64,000 nt of DNA. Source: Balanoglossus misakiensis (taxonomy: Eukaryota; Animalia; Hemichordata). The stretch lies in the NCBI GenBank assembly GCA_040954595.2, contig CM082577.2, forward strand, positions 3,968,305 to 4,032,304. Reading direction: 5' to 3'. Of the stretch, positions 14,063-26,005 are shown piece by piece. The notes below the pieces were generated by a model. That model worked only from the letters and a program-made list of their open reading frames with translations, was not told where the DNA came from and ran no database searches. The position numbers and the translations under genes are program-made. The first letter of the stretch is position 1; the number at the start of each line of letters is the position of its first letter.

Positions 14063-15894
14063 CGGGTACGCATAATGGCGGTGTATGTGGATGTCACGTG
14101 ACCAATCAGACATTTTTTCAATTACATGTATTCAAATGGATTTCAGATTACTATTACCGGGTGGAGATCCAGACCTATTGGAATCAGAAGTCGCCAGAGT
14201 CTCTATTATCTTTTACAAACTAGCAGTCAAGGTATTGGATTATTTGCATATATTGAGATGAAAAATTGAAACTCTTTATCTCAAAACACTGAGAAGCATT
14301 CTGCTTTGGGTTTATACTTTATTTCTCATGATGTAAATTTTTGAGGTTGTCACATTTTTTTACTTTTTACACCATGTTTTTCTAGGCCTGTAATAATGGT
14401 GATGAGTTTCCCATCTGGGGGACCTGCTGGGGTATACAGTTCCTCATGTGTGTGGCGTGTGGTAAGGATATATTGACCAGCACACCGGACAGACGGTTGT
14501 CCCGTTCGTTGATCTTCAAACAAGGTACTTCTAAGACGCAACTGATACGCCCTCTAGTGTCAGGAAATATGTGCACCTACGTTTTTCATGGATGAACAGG
14601 CAATCCAAAAATCGCTAGAAAAATTACAGACGTCAGGCAGACATCTCAAATGAACCGAGTGGAAAATCCATAAAATTTCCTGTTCCTACAACAAAATATG
14701 TTCTGTATTTATCTAGTTTTCTTGGATAGAAATTCAAAATAAATGTACAGTTCTTGCCAATTGCATTTTGGTGAACAAATGTGTGACATTTCTTTCTTTC
14801 TTTTTTAAATAGGTTATGAACAAAGTAAACTCTTCAAGAAAACGGTGGAATCTGAAGAAATTGTAGACATTCTGTCAAAAGAAGATGTCGCATTCAATAA
14901 CCACGTGGATGGGGTTATACCAGAGGTACAACATTTTGTTTGAATTCTCTGATTTTTGTTTGGTTGAAAACAACATAATAGTTTATGCAATACTAGGGGA
15001 TTTATTTTGCAAAGTGTATGTGGTTCATTTTGTATATAAATCAGATTTTCTTGCCATATGTTACAGGACTTTAAGAAATATAATCTTGATGAATTTTATC
15101 AAATACTGACAACAAACTATGATGAGAATGGCCAGGAATATATTTCCATGATTGAGGGTGAGTTAGTTGCATTTTTTGACATTTAGGAAATTTCTGACAG
15201 TGAGAATTTGGGCTTCAGAACAGTGGGTATTTTCACGCCCCATTTCACATGGTTTTGTTAACTCTACTTTTCCTGATTTTTCACCAGTTGAAGGTTACTG
15301 CACTGAAAAGTCATACAAGAGAGACAAAGTTGTAAAACAGTAATCTTTTCCCGTATGTTACAGCCCACAAGTACCCGTTCTACGGCTGTCAGTGGCATCC
15401 AGAGTTGACCAGTTTCGAATTCTCGCCACGGTTCGGCCCTCATCTGAACCATTCACTAAGAGCAGTCAGGGCGTCACAGTATATGGCTAATTTCTTTGTC
15501 AATGAAGGTAAGTAGAAACTGCATAGAGGTTAAAGGTTAAGTCACAGATCGGTTGATTCCACAAACAGGTGTACAACATATTGCATGCAAATGACATGAT
15601 GATGGATCAGACTGAATTAATATTAGGGTTAATTTTCATAGAATATGAACTGGGAAAATCTGATAACTAAATGTTCTCATTAATGACCATTCCTTTGAAG
15701 TAAAAATAATGACTTTTTTTCCAGCCCGTAAAAATCGTCATAGTTTCCCTGACGACAAGGAGGAGGCAGCTGCCTTGATATACAACCACACGCCAGTGTA
15801 CACAGGTGACTTTGTTGGATACGTGCAGTGTTACTTCTTCAAACCGACCGATGAAGACGTCAAGCAGTGTGACAAACTTCCTAACAGCCAGTAG
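13703..15894 (+). CDS. GGH: Gamma-glutamyl hydrolase, copy 2 (tandem paralogue with no signal peptide), 308 aa
   Basis: Exons 13703-13724, 13846-14008, 14147-14231, 14386-14524, 14813-14925, 15067-15157, 15364-15507, 15725-15894 (927 nt); same intron positions as copy 1. [39 protein letters not shown]. Confidence 0.92.
14012..14061. repeat. (GAT)n microsatellite in GGH-2 intron 2
   Basis: Direct reading; a similar GAT/CAT tract lies at ~10345-10387 in GGH-1 intron 1. Confidence 0.9.
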
Positions 15895-17156
15895 CTCAAA
15901 AACATTTCAAAAATCTAGAAATTGGTACAACTGCAAGGGCCAGCTTAACATTAGTCATTTTGTGTACTGTGAACATTGACAAAGAACCAAATGATATTTG
16001 GTCTGTTGTCACTTTTAATACTGCCATTTCACCAGTTTTTGTTCAACTGACAAGTAAAGATCAGTTGATCATGAGGTTTAATATGCTACCATACAAATAA
16101 ATGATATTGTGATGCATACCAGTTGGTACATTTTTGGTCTTTATTGTGCAGACTGACAGACAGATAGTAATGAAGTAAATAAAATCAACCAATAAGTGTA
16201 TAACACTACACATTTTGGCAGTGCCAAGAGGGGGCACTAGATACAATTATAGTTTCCCAAATGACTCTAGAAATTGTAGTCTGAGCCAAACAAGGCAATT
16301 TTGGAATGACATGACCGAAATGACACGCCCTATACTTTTACAGAACAATAATTGCGAAATACCACGTCCTTGCAGAGATGGTATACCAGTACTGTTGAAC
16401 ATTTCAGATATTGTCCAGCCATGATAGACTGCACAAGTTTGCTTGGATTTTCCTCCAAAACAGATCTAAAAAAATTTCCCGGTCACTGTCCTTACAATAA
16501 ACATGGTTGGGAGTGAAGAACAAATCGATTTGCATACTCTTTCCTCTGGTGTGTAAAAAAGTACAAAAAATGATTATTTCGGTAGAAAATATTTCAGTTG
16601 GTTATGTGTGCAACGCTGTCCACCAACCAGCACTCTTCATGAAGGTCAAAGGTCGATGGCACCAACCTGCAATCTTTTGTCTCACATTTTCCAGAATTTC
16701 TTTCAAGACTCCTTAGCCTGAGGTAGATTTGTGGAAAAGTGAATGTTATAGATTCCAACATTTGATGTTTGACTTCAATGACTGAAGCCTCTTAGCTCGT
16801 GGTGTGTGTTGTATTGTTAGAAGATCAGGATGCAAGACCCTAGATCACCAATACTGAGGTATCTGAAATAACGCAAGAGCACCAATGTACTAGAAACTGT
16901 TTTCAACAAATTTGGAAAAGAATGCAGGTCTGGCATTTGTTATTTGGATTGTACATTATGGTTGTCTGGCGGCCATATTGGATTGTATCACAAAACAAAT
17001 TGATGTGCATATGCCCCAAGTTTGAAGTTCAATGAATGCCAAAAAGAATGTCCCTTTTTTCTCTAAGCCACCAAGAGAACCGAGAGGCACAGCAAGAGAC
17101 AGTTTTCGGGTTTTCAAGTTCTGGTAAAACAGCACATTCATAAGTCTGGAGTGGCA

Positions 17157-20100
17157 TCATACATCTTCTGTGCCTTCATCAAGAATAGCCCTGGACAGAT
17201 TTCTTGCTAGAGCCAGTCTCAGCAGATCTGTCTTCTCTTGGTCTGCTTCTATTTGCCCCTGAAAAATCACCACATGGAATAATTTTGTTTTTAGGTATCC
17301 AGATCTACAGAACGAAAATATGATGCAAATTTCAAATATTCATGCATGTCTATATGCAAGATCAGGGTACAAACTGCATGATCAATGACTATCAAACCAG
17401 TATGATTTTTGTCATGAAACGGTGTAAGTGCTAAACTAAAATCTGAAAAAAAACATCTAAAATTCCCAGCTTCCCTTCTGTTGTCTTCGTGTGTGTGCAC
17501 AGTGTCTACTCACCTGAGTACGGTTGTCACCTCTGTCCATGTACTCCTTCGATTGGAATGAGAGCGTGATTTCCTCCAGACAGTGCATCAACTCGTAGGT
17601 CTGCTGAGAGCTGAAAACTACTTCGTCTAACTCTAACAGCGGCAGCGAGTCTGTCAGCAGAGTCAGCCAGAATCTGAAACAGACAACGATTTATTTCAGA
17701 TACTGTTCAAGCCAGAAGAATAGATTAATTGCAGGGAGAACTATTTTAGATGAGAGGGTTCAAATAGTTTGTTTCCCAACTGCTCTTCCAGAACAAAATA
17801 CACTTTCCAAGATATAACGACATGTACATTTAACCAATTTGTGATCAACTGTTAAATTTCAATGACTTACTTTTGTGGTGCTAATTTGGCAGTGAGTAGA
17901 GAAAGCAGTAAGCTGGCAGCTTCTTTGAACTCTCCTCGTTCATAGAGTTTGTGAAACTCTCTGTACTTCCCTGTTTAGAGAAAAAAATGTTTAAATGCCA
18001 TGGTCATTGAAGAGCTAATGAAACATTGTAATTATCAAGACATCCTTAATATACATTTCTAACCCACATCTCAGTAAATCATTGTTTTCAGTCAAATCGC
18101 CTGTTATGGGGTCATGCATCTATACACGTAAAGCCCCTCTCGAAGTTGCAACCTCGACAAGTCAAGTTTATTTTTTGCGATACTTAACTCCCATCATCTA
18201 AACAACACAGAAAGCGTCCACTTACCTAAAAATGTCAGTCTATCACTCAGCAACATGGCCGGTCCCAGGTTATCGATCAAATCCAAGTTAGTAAAGCCTC
18301 CTTTGGTGCTGTACTCCAACAGGAACTTCTCCGACAAAAACGTCGCAAACGCCCGGTCTTTTGAGCGGATGCACCACGACAGCGCCGACCCGAGACGCCC
18401 GTTGTGTAACGCCTTCATTCCCATCTCTTTGCAAACACTGTGTGCTGCAAAGACGTGAAGGCAATCACACACAAAAAAAGAAAAAGAAAATTGAGAAATA
18501 ATAATAAAGTAAAAGGTTGAAGAAATTCTCGCGAGCCACGGCTTTATTTTCGCTCCACGAACCGACGCGAAAATAACCGGTAATGTCTTCGCTGTTGCTG
18601 TAAAGGGGTCCGGTTTACGACGATGGGGATGGAGACTGGACTTGCTGGTTTTTGAAGCATACGCATCCAACAAGTGGGACATGTACATTTGTATGTACAC
18701 ATATCAGTGAAAAGGTACTCAAGATCACTGTGGATACATACAAAAACACTGGACTCATCAAAAAATGCAGACAGCTACTTGCCTTGTGCTTCCATTCCTC
18801 TCTTTTCACACAATCTCAGAACTTTCAACGCCTTCCGTTCAGACTGCAGTGGTATTCGCTCTACGTATAACTCGAGATAGTGTCTGGAAGTTGATAAGAA
18901 TAATGCATCACAGAGACTGTTTTGTGGATGGATTGAAATTTCCTTCGGTGGCTAAGATTTCAATCGTGAGGCATAGTTTCCTATCAAAAGCATACTTATA
19001 TGTTTTCACATCTAGCCAATCACATATTTTCATTTGGTGGGCCATGTCAGAAAACTGTTCCACACACAAGGTGACCCCCATACATTGTTCTTGAAGGAAA
19101 CACTGGAACTTTCTAAGGGGAAATGAGGGAGAAAGGGTCTTACCTTCCCATGTTGGGACAGTAGTCAAGATAATCAGCACCAATCTGCCATAAACTGAAA
19201 ATAAAGCATAATTGTCATCAATTTTACCACCTGTATTTCAATGTTTACCATATACATCTGAGGGTTTTCCCTCAGTAATCTTCATCGTCATCATCATCAT
19301 CACCTTCATCATCATCACCACCACCACCACCACCGTCATCACTATCACCACAACTGTCATCACCATTATGACTGTCGACTTACCTTTCATGTGTCATTAA
19401 ACTGGCGGAATACTCAAGCAGCAGGAATTCTCTTAGTTCAGAACCAAAACTGATTTGAAGAAAGAAATCAGAAAATTATATTCAAGTATTTTGATGAATG
19501 TAAGAAATGTATCAAAACAAACTGAATCTTACTAATCCTAATGGCAGTCAATGCTTCTATTGCATAATATTCAACTTACTTGACATTGTGTGATTCCAAT
19601 CTTCCACAGTGATGCAGAAGATCTGTTAGGTGGGCCACAAACCACCAGTTGTTCAAATTGGAACTAAGTAAAAATTCAGAAAATAAACACCGGTCAATTC
19701 ATTATCAGGACACCGCCTTTTAATTCTAAGAGATCAGTGTAACATTTGCCACATTGATAATGAAAAAGATTGTCTAGGTGAACTTTACCTGCTTTCCCTG
19801 ATTACGTGATGGACATCAAACTCCAGTGCTGCCAACAAGATGTTGTCTAGGGTTGTCAGGTGACTGTAGCCTCCATACGCATCAATACATTCCTAAGAAA
19901 GAGCGAACAGCAATGATAATGACTGACTACAGTTCGGCCTGTTATGGATCTGTGCTAGGCAAGTCTGTGTAGCTATGCAGCATTTATGTGGTTGTACTTT
20001 CTACAAGTTCTAAACAGGTACTACCGGGTAATCTGGCAGTGACAGGATAAACAACTAGACTTAAGAAACACTAAGAAAGAGACACCCTCTATACATATGA

Positions 20101-23100
20101 ACTTCATGAGGTCCGCCATGAAATAAATAACAACTGCAATTGCACCATTTTCAGTGTCTTACCTGAGTGTGATATTGAAGATCAACGGTCTTTATGGTCG
20201 GGTTGCTGTACAGGAGTTTGGCAACGAGCAACATGTACCAAGTTTCTGTCAAATCACGCAGTTCTAAAAACACACTGTTGTCTCCAGCCAGAATCTGAAA
20301 AGCACGACACGACACAGTAGGGCTTATTTACACGAAAAATAAAACGGGCAACTGTTGACACATGGGTCCATACCCTAAAGCCTTTCCAAAGAAGATGACA
20401 CAGTTAGATTTTGGATACTCCCCTTTGTTACTTTGTATCAGAGAACTATATATGATTTCTGAAGTACAGTGACCTTTTATATTGAAATGGCAGACGGAAT
20501 ATGAGCTTACCCGACATATTGTTTCTAGCTCCCTGTGGGAACCGATCTCTTCCAGGAATTGCTGGCACTGGTCCTGCCAGTGTCGCCATTTCATGTCGAA
20601 CTCCGGAACCGACTGTCGGCCCATCACGGAAAACATCGGCATTTTCTTCAGCAGTTCGTCGACCTTGGCATACACCTAGACACATACGATGAAACAGTCA
20701 CACACAAGCTGAATTTTTTTTTACTTTTTGCTGAACAAATTGTGGTAGTAAAATCTCACACAAAGGCAAGCTTTTAAATGGAACGTTTTCACAAGAGATA
20801 CCAAACACACACAACATACACAGCTTGGTTACTTACACCATGGATATCACGATGACTATCTTGATGCATTGATAACATGTGTCTGGCCTCGTCAATTCTT
20901 CCTTTCAGTACAAAAGTGTAGATCTGTGGATGCAAGGATATCTCAACTTTAACCTTTGACCCACCATGACAAGTTCACAGACTGCGCCATTTGCATAAAT
21001 GGGTGAAATAACTGATGTCAGTTTGTCAACAGTTGTATAAGACTCAACTTGCTGGATATAGTTGCTTTGACATTCAATTATAGATGCAATCATGGTATCT
21101 TTGAACTGCAACGGCTTTATGCTTATGTACCCTTTCATAATAAAGATATTTATATATAGCTATCAGGTCATAATTTTCTATGTCATGTCATTCATGTACT
21201 CACAGCAGGCCAGTAGCTTTCATGGTGTTCGGGGTCCGGCACTGACATCACTTCCTGTGCCAGATCATCAGCTTGCCGGAAGTGCCAGATAGCCCAGTCC
21301 AAGAGCTGAGTTAACACAACGCCACCTGCCATGTTAAAGTTGATTTTCAATCAGTTTGATTACACAGATGAATCATGGTTATCTTCCTGTTCTGATCTAC
21401 ATGTATAATAAAAACTTTCACTACTGGGAAGTCAGGATTTTCAGTTAGGTTGGCACTGTGCATACTGTGCAAGCTGAGGCACTGTTCAAATAATGTTTTT
21501 GAAACCCCGCCTAATACAGAATCATTTTGGAAAACTGTTCAGGAGGAAAACCTACCTGGCAGTGTTTCTACAAACAAAATTTCACACAAACTCCAGATCA
21601 GTTCGATCATGGTGAAGCTTTGACACTGGGCCATGAAGTCATCTCTGGTGTCTTCATCATTTGCTGCGTCTGAAAGGAAGGCGAAGAAGAACAGAAGGTG
21701 AAAAGTTTGGTCTTTAACCCTTTCACCCCAGTTCCCTCTTTAGAGGTCCAACCTTACCATAGAAAACAATGGGTTTGGACACTCTTTATCTTCCTTTTTT
21801 CCCATTTATACTTCAAAATGTCAATGTTGTCAGGGAAGAAAGATTAGACACAAATAAACCCTTAACACAAAAGATGACAGCTGAAAAGTGTTCCTTTTCT
21901 ACTGAAAACTCTGACCAGATGTTGCAAGCCATTTCAAAATGTCATTTTTTTTTTCATATGTACATGTAACATATAAAATATGACTTTGTTACCTCCTTTT
22001 TGTTGTAGTTCCAGAAGACATGCTCGTAAAACGGAGCGATAATTTCGGCTGAATTTCACCAACCTGAATAATATGAACATACATCGATAGCTGTAGATCA
22101 TTTCCATTCAATTCAGTAAAACTGAAAAGATCAGGTGTTCAAATAAACATTAGAAATATCAGCTTGCTTGATAATCAAAACGATGGGTGGTACTTTATTT
22201 TTACAGGCAGAACACTTCTGTATTTAAAGGAGCGCAGCTGATTTTTAAATGATGAGACAGTTCTTAACATAGTTACATCAATACAATTTCATACTGACTA
22301 GTGACTAGAAAGATATTTAGAGAAGGATGAAGAAAGTCGGTACATCCAAATTACAAGCCAAGTCCACCCTTATTTCTATCAAAGTTTTTAGGACTTTCTT
22401 GTTTGAAAATAATTTAAGTTATAAACAGAAGGATTTGATGAAACTCACTGTGGTTTCCTGACGGTGTCTGCAGTCTCAGGTTTGTGATTTTGTAGAGACA
22501 TGAAAATATCTGGAAAGAATAATCAAAGTTACACATTTATCATCATATCATGGAGGACATTGCAACTGGTCACCAATTCAGTAATATGTGTATCTTACAT
22601 TAAGTTTTCTATAGACATATCTACCATAATGTATACAGACCAAATATGGTCCACTTTTTTGATATATGCCTGCATCTAAATCAAGTTGCAGAAGATGTTA
22701 CTGTAAGTATAATCAGATGATAAAGCAACAGGAATAATCATCGGGTGGTTTTATCTCTGATGTATTGCTGAATTCTAAGTTTATCATACGAATACCCACT
22801 GTGCGATTCATTGACCAGTTTTCTAGTGATCGGACTGTGCATCTCAACATCCCACTTGGCAGTGTAAATGCTTGGTTGTCCGGTCAGCTGTGCTTGGTCG
22901 TCTTCATATTCAGCATCTTGAGGAGGAAACGGCACATCAAAAAAAAAAAAAATCAGGGCAAGGGGAATGCGTAGAGCCACCATTAACAACAGAAATGTCT
23001 TTGCATGTGTACTAAATATTAAATAGCAAAATGTGACAACAAAGCTCACAATACCTGACACAGTAGTTATCTTAACATAATAACTGCAATGACCTTAGCG

Positions 23101-24012
23101 GGTGCTGCTAGGTTGACTGGTGTTCCCATCACTACCCAGAACACCAGTCAACCAAGCATCACCCGCTACAATGAATTATTGCAGTTATTAACATAAATCA
23201 TAAATGGAATCAAATCGAATCAAATGGCAATTACTAGAGAAAACAACTTACCCCTTCTTCCACCTTGATAGACATGATGGACCAAAACCTGATTCCCAAA
23301 TCCCCATTTTGATGCTAAACAAGTCTTGATGTCACCAGGTATTGAAGGATCTGAAATTGTCTGTTTGGTTTAAATAAGACATCATTGTAAGCTGGTGGAA
23401 AACCCTCCTTACCTTTATCCAAAAAAGGATAGGTTCATTAATTCATTGACATTGTCCATAATAAAACTGAATTCGGCACGATTTTCTTACATCAGTTTTG
23501 TTCTATACTGAACTTTGATCCGAATGATGGGTGGTGGTGAGGTTCAACAAATTTTAGAGCTGAGCACACTACACCATTCAGGCCATTGTAAACAGTCACT
23601 ACATTTGGACATTTGAGTTGCCTTTTGAGCAAAACAAAAGGTCTCACCAATAGTCTCTGCCAAAACCCCACTCCGACACCATGCCCACCGCACCATCGGC
23701 TATACCAGCCACACAAATGTGGACCAGTAACACGTGGAACATGTCAATTGTCATATGCACCATGGCATCACCGACACGACAGTGTACACTGTGTACTGGC
23801 ATAGCACAGTCCAAGCTCCATTGATATAGTACCCAAAGCTTTGTGGATTTATATCACGCTATGTGGCTATAACATGCAAGTTTCAATACCTAAATATGTT
23901 TATCTTGGTTAGAGAGTCAGAGAGAGTAGGAATATCGTTCCAGTACACCCACAAAATGCCAGTTTGTACTCACCGCCACTTTAACATTGTCCCGCTCACG
24001 CTCGTCGGCCAT
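17157..24012 (-). CDS. NUP85: Nuclear pore complex protein Nup85 (multi-exon)
   Basis: First exon 24012-23974 ([13 protein letters not shown]). Internal exons encode [32 protein letters not shown]...[66 protein letters not shown]. Last exon [22 protein letters not shown], stop at 17157. These match my recollection of metazoan Nup85. Confidence 0.93.
19282..19370. repeat. (CAT/CAC)n trinucleotide tract in a NUP85 intron
   Basis: Direct reading. Confidence 0.85.
21718..21780 (-). mobile_element. Truncated copy of the TTAA/CCCTTTCACC MITE family
   Basis: TTAA-CCCTTTCACCCCAGTTCCCTCTTTAGAGGTCCAACC... is the reverse complement of the right part of the 45336-45422 copy. Confidence 0.75.
23081..23187. 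mobile_element. Palindromic MITE-like foldback in a NUP85 intron
   Basis: Outer IR TAACTGCAAT/ATTGCAGTTA; inner 30-bp stem 23096-23125 vs 23139-23168 with 2 mismatches; flanked by the direct repeat TTAACATAA (23072-23080, 23188-23196). Confidence 0.7.
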
Positions 24013-24069
24013 ATTGATGACCCGACTTAACCCTTCTTACGTCATTATGATGATGTAACCCCTTTGAAA

Positions 24070-24093
24070 GGGATTCCCCGACCGGGAAATCCC
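24070..24093. promoter_or_regulatory. Twin NF-kB (Rel) consensus sites in the NUP85 / Cys-rich gene A divergent promoter
   Basis: GGGATTCCCC at 24070-24079 and GGGAAATCCC at 24084-24093, between ATGs 24012(-) and 24203(+). Confidence 0.55.
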
Positions 24094-24202
24094 CCATGAG
24101 TAAATTTCGATAAAGGACCGTGAAGGTAAAAGCAAAAGACAGAATTTTAGAAAGCGACGCACACTTTCAAGCTGAAATCCCAACAGACATATCTAACAAG
24201 AA

Positions 24203-25737
24203 ATGAATTTGAAGGTAAGGATTATCGCAGATACCGTCCTGCATTTGCTGACAGTTTTGACGCTGATGAACAACACGAAACATGACACAAGAGAACCCGT
24301 CTGAGAACGGATGTTTTTGTGTCACACCCACTCTCATATTTTACAAGCCGGATTATTGTCTCCACAGCTCAATTAGAGCCGGATTTTCTGATTCTGCACA
24401 CAGGAATTAGGCAAGCTCATTGGAGCCTTAGCTGTTATTTTTACCTTTGGTCTGACACATGTGAATTCAAAGGCCATCGTTCCAAGAGATGAGGCTCAAA
24501 TAAATGAGACTCTATCACTTATACAAAATGGCGACGAAATTTCGAGAAGGCAGACCATCACAGAGGATAAGGTGCTGCCAGACGCCCTTGATTTGCCACC
24601 GGGGCGTTGTCCAACCACTCCCTGTCAACTTGGTACAACCTGTGATCCAAGTGGGATTTGTGTTCCCTGCTCAGCTTGGGTGGGAGCTTATGATGTACCA
24701 GCTGACTGTATTGGTATGTACAAGAAAAGCTAGAACACTGTTTGCTCAAAAATTCTACATTTTCTAAAAAAAAATATTCTTCATGCTATGGAATATGATA
24801 ACCACGCATCTGGGTAGTCATCTAACTTCAAGCGGTTCAAATGTATGTTTTACTTTTAAGGTCAATCCTCACACATAGTATTTGCATTTTTGTATTAATT
24901 CCAACAGATTTTATTAGCATATCAAAACCTGTGCCAGTAAAAAATGAAGAGGAATTAAACAGTCCACCAAATAAATGTACGCAAGAATCAGACTGTGATC
25001 TTGGAAAATGGTGTGTGCACACAGGTACATGTGAGAGTTGTGAGGTGCTGAAATCCATGCCTGATGTGTACCAAGCTGAATGTAGCAGTAAGTATCTGCT
25101 TTAAAAAAACAACCCCCTTTATTAAAGAATTGTTGGAAATTATTTTAGGGGAATTAAAATCATAAACATATTAGTACAAGCTGTCATCACATTGTGCCTT
25201 GAATTAAATTTGCTAACAGGTGTGAATGGCATAATTGCCAATGCACAAATCCAATCCTAAAATGTGTAGCCAAGATTAGACACTAATGAAATGTAACTTT
25301 TATTGCATGTATTTCTGTGTACTGGTTGTTAGTTTGTGTGAATATACTCAAAACCTTCATCAAATTAACTGTGTATAAACTAGTTTTGAAGAGATGGGCA
25401 TTTGATATATACAGACCTGGTTCTGAGTTCAAGTTCCTGTTCTCATGTACAATGTCACTCCCTCTCTTTCCTTGTAAACAGGAACCGTAAATGCCCAACA
25501 AGGAAAGAAGCTGCACAAAACGTTTGCCATTTCTGTGTCAACTGGTGCCATACTACTGACACTATTGTTTGTTGGGTTTTTCTGTTTGGGCAAGAAAATA
25601 AGGATAAGACAACATGGATGTGAGTATCGATCTGCATCTGTATATTTAACATCAAGATACAGAAGCTCTAACTTTGATATTTTCTTGACATTTTATGTTT
25701 GACATGAATATATAACTCTCATCTCTGTGTCTGTCTG

Positions 25738-25831
<94 letters not shown>

Positions 25832-26005
25832 CTGCATCTCCCTCCCTCTTATACAGATCCTGTAGAAGAAAACGATGACATTGCAGAAACAGAAATGGAC
25901 AAACTAAATGTAGAAGAAGGTGCAGACGTTCCAGAATCTGTTGGAGAGGCTTATCCAATAGCAGTTGCCGACACAAGTGTGGGGCGGTCTGCAACTACAG
26001 GTTAA
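24203..26005 (+). CDS. Uncharacterised Cys-rich protein A: signal peptide, two 6-Cys modules, acidic tail; about 216 aa, 3' end uncertain
   Basis: Exons 24203-24214 (MNLK), 24404-24713, 24908-25087, 25857-26005 (651 nt in frame). Hydrophobic leader LIGALAVIFTFGLTHVNS; modules CPTTPCQLGTTCDPSGICVPC..C and CTQESDCDLGKWCVHTGTCESC..C. A weak donor at 26001 could lead to further exons, but I found none. Confidence 0.7.
25738..25830. repeat. (TCTA)n tetranucleotide microsatellite
   Basis: Direct reading; it explains the SIYL-repeat part of ORF 25727..26005. Confidence 0.95.

Noticed and set aside
25727-25856. SIYL-repeat protein
   Set aside because: Translation of the (TCTA)n microsatellite; only 25857 onward is exonic.
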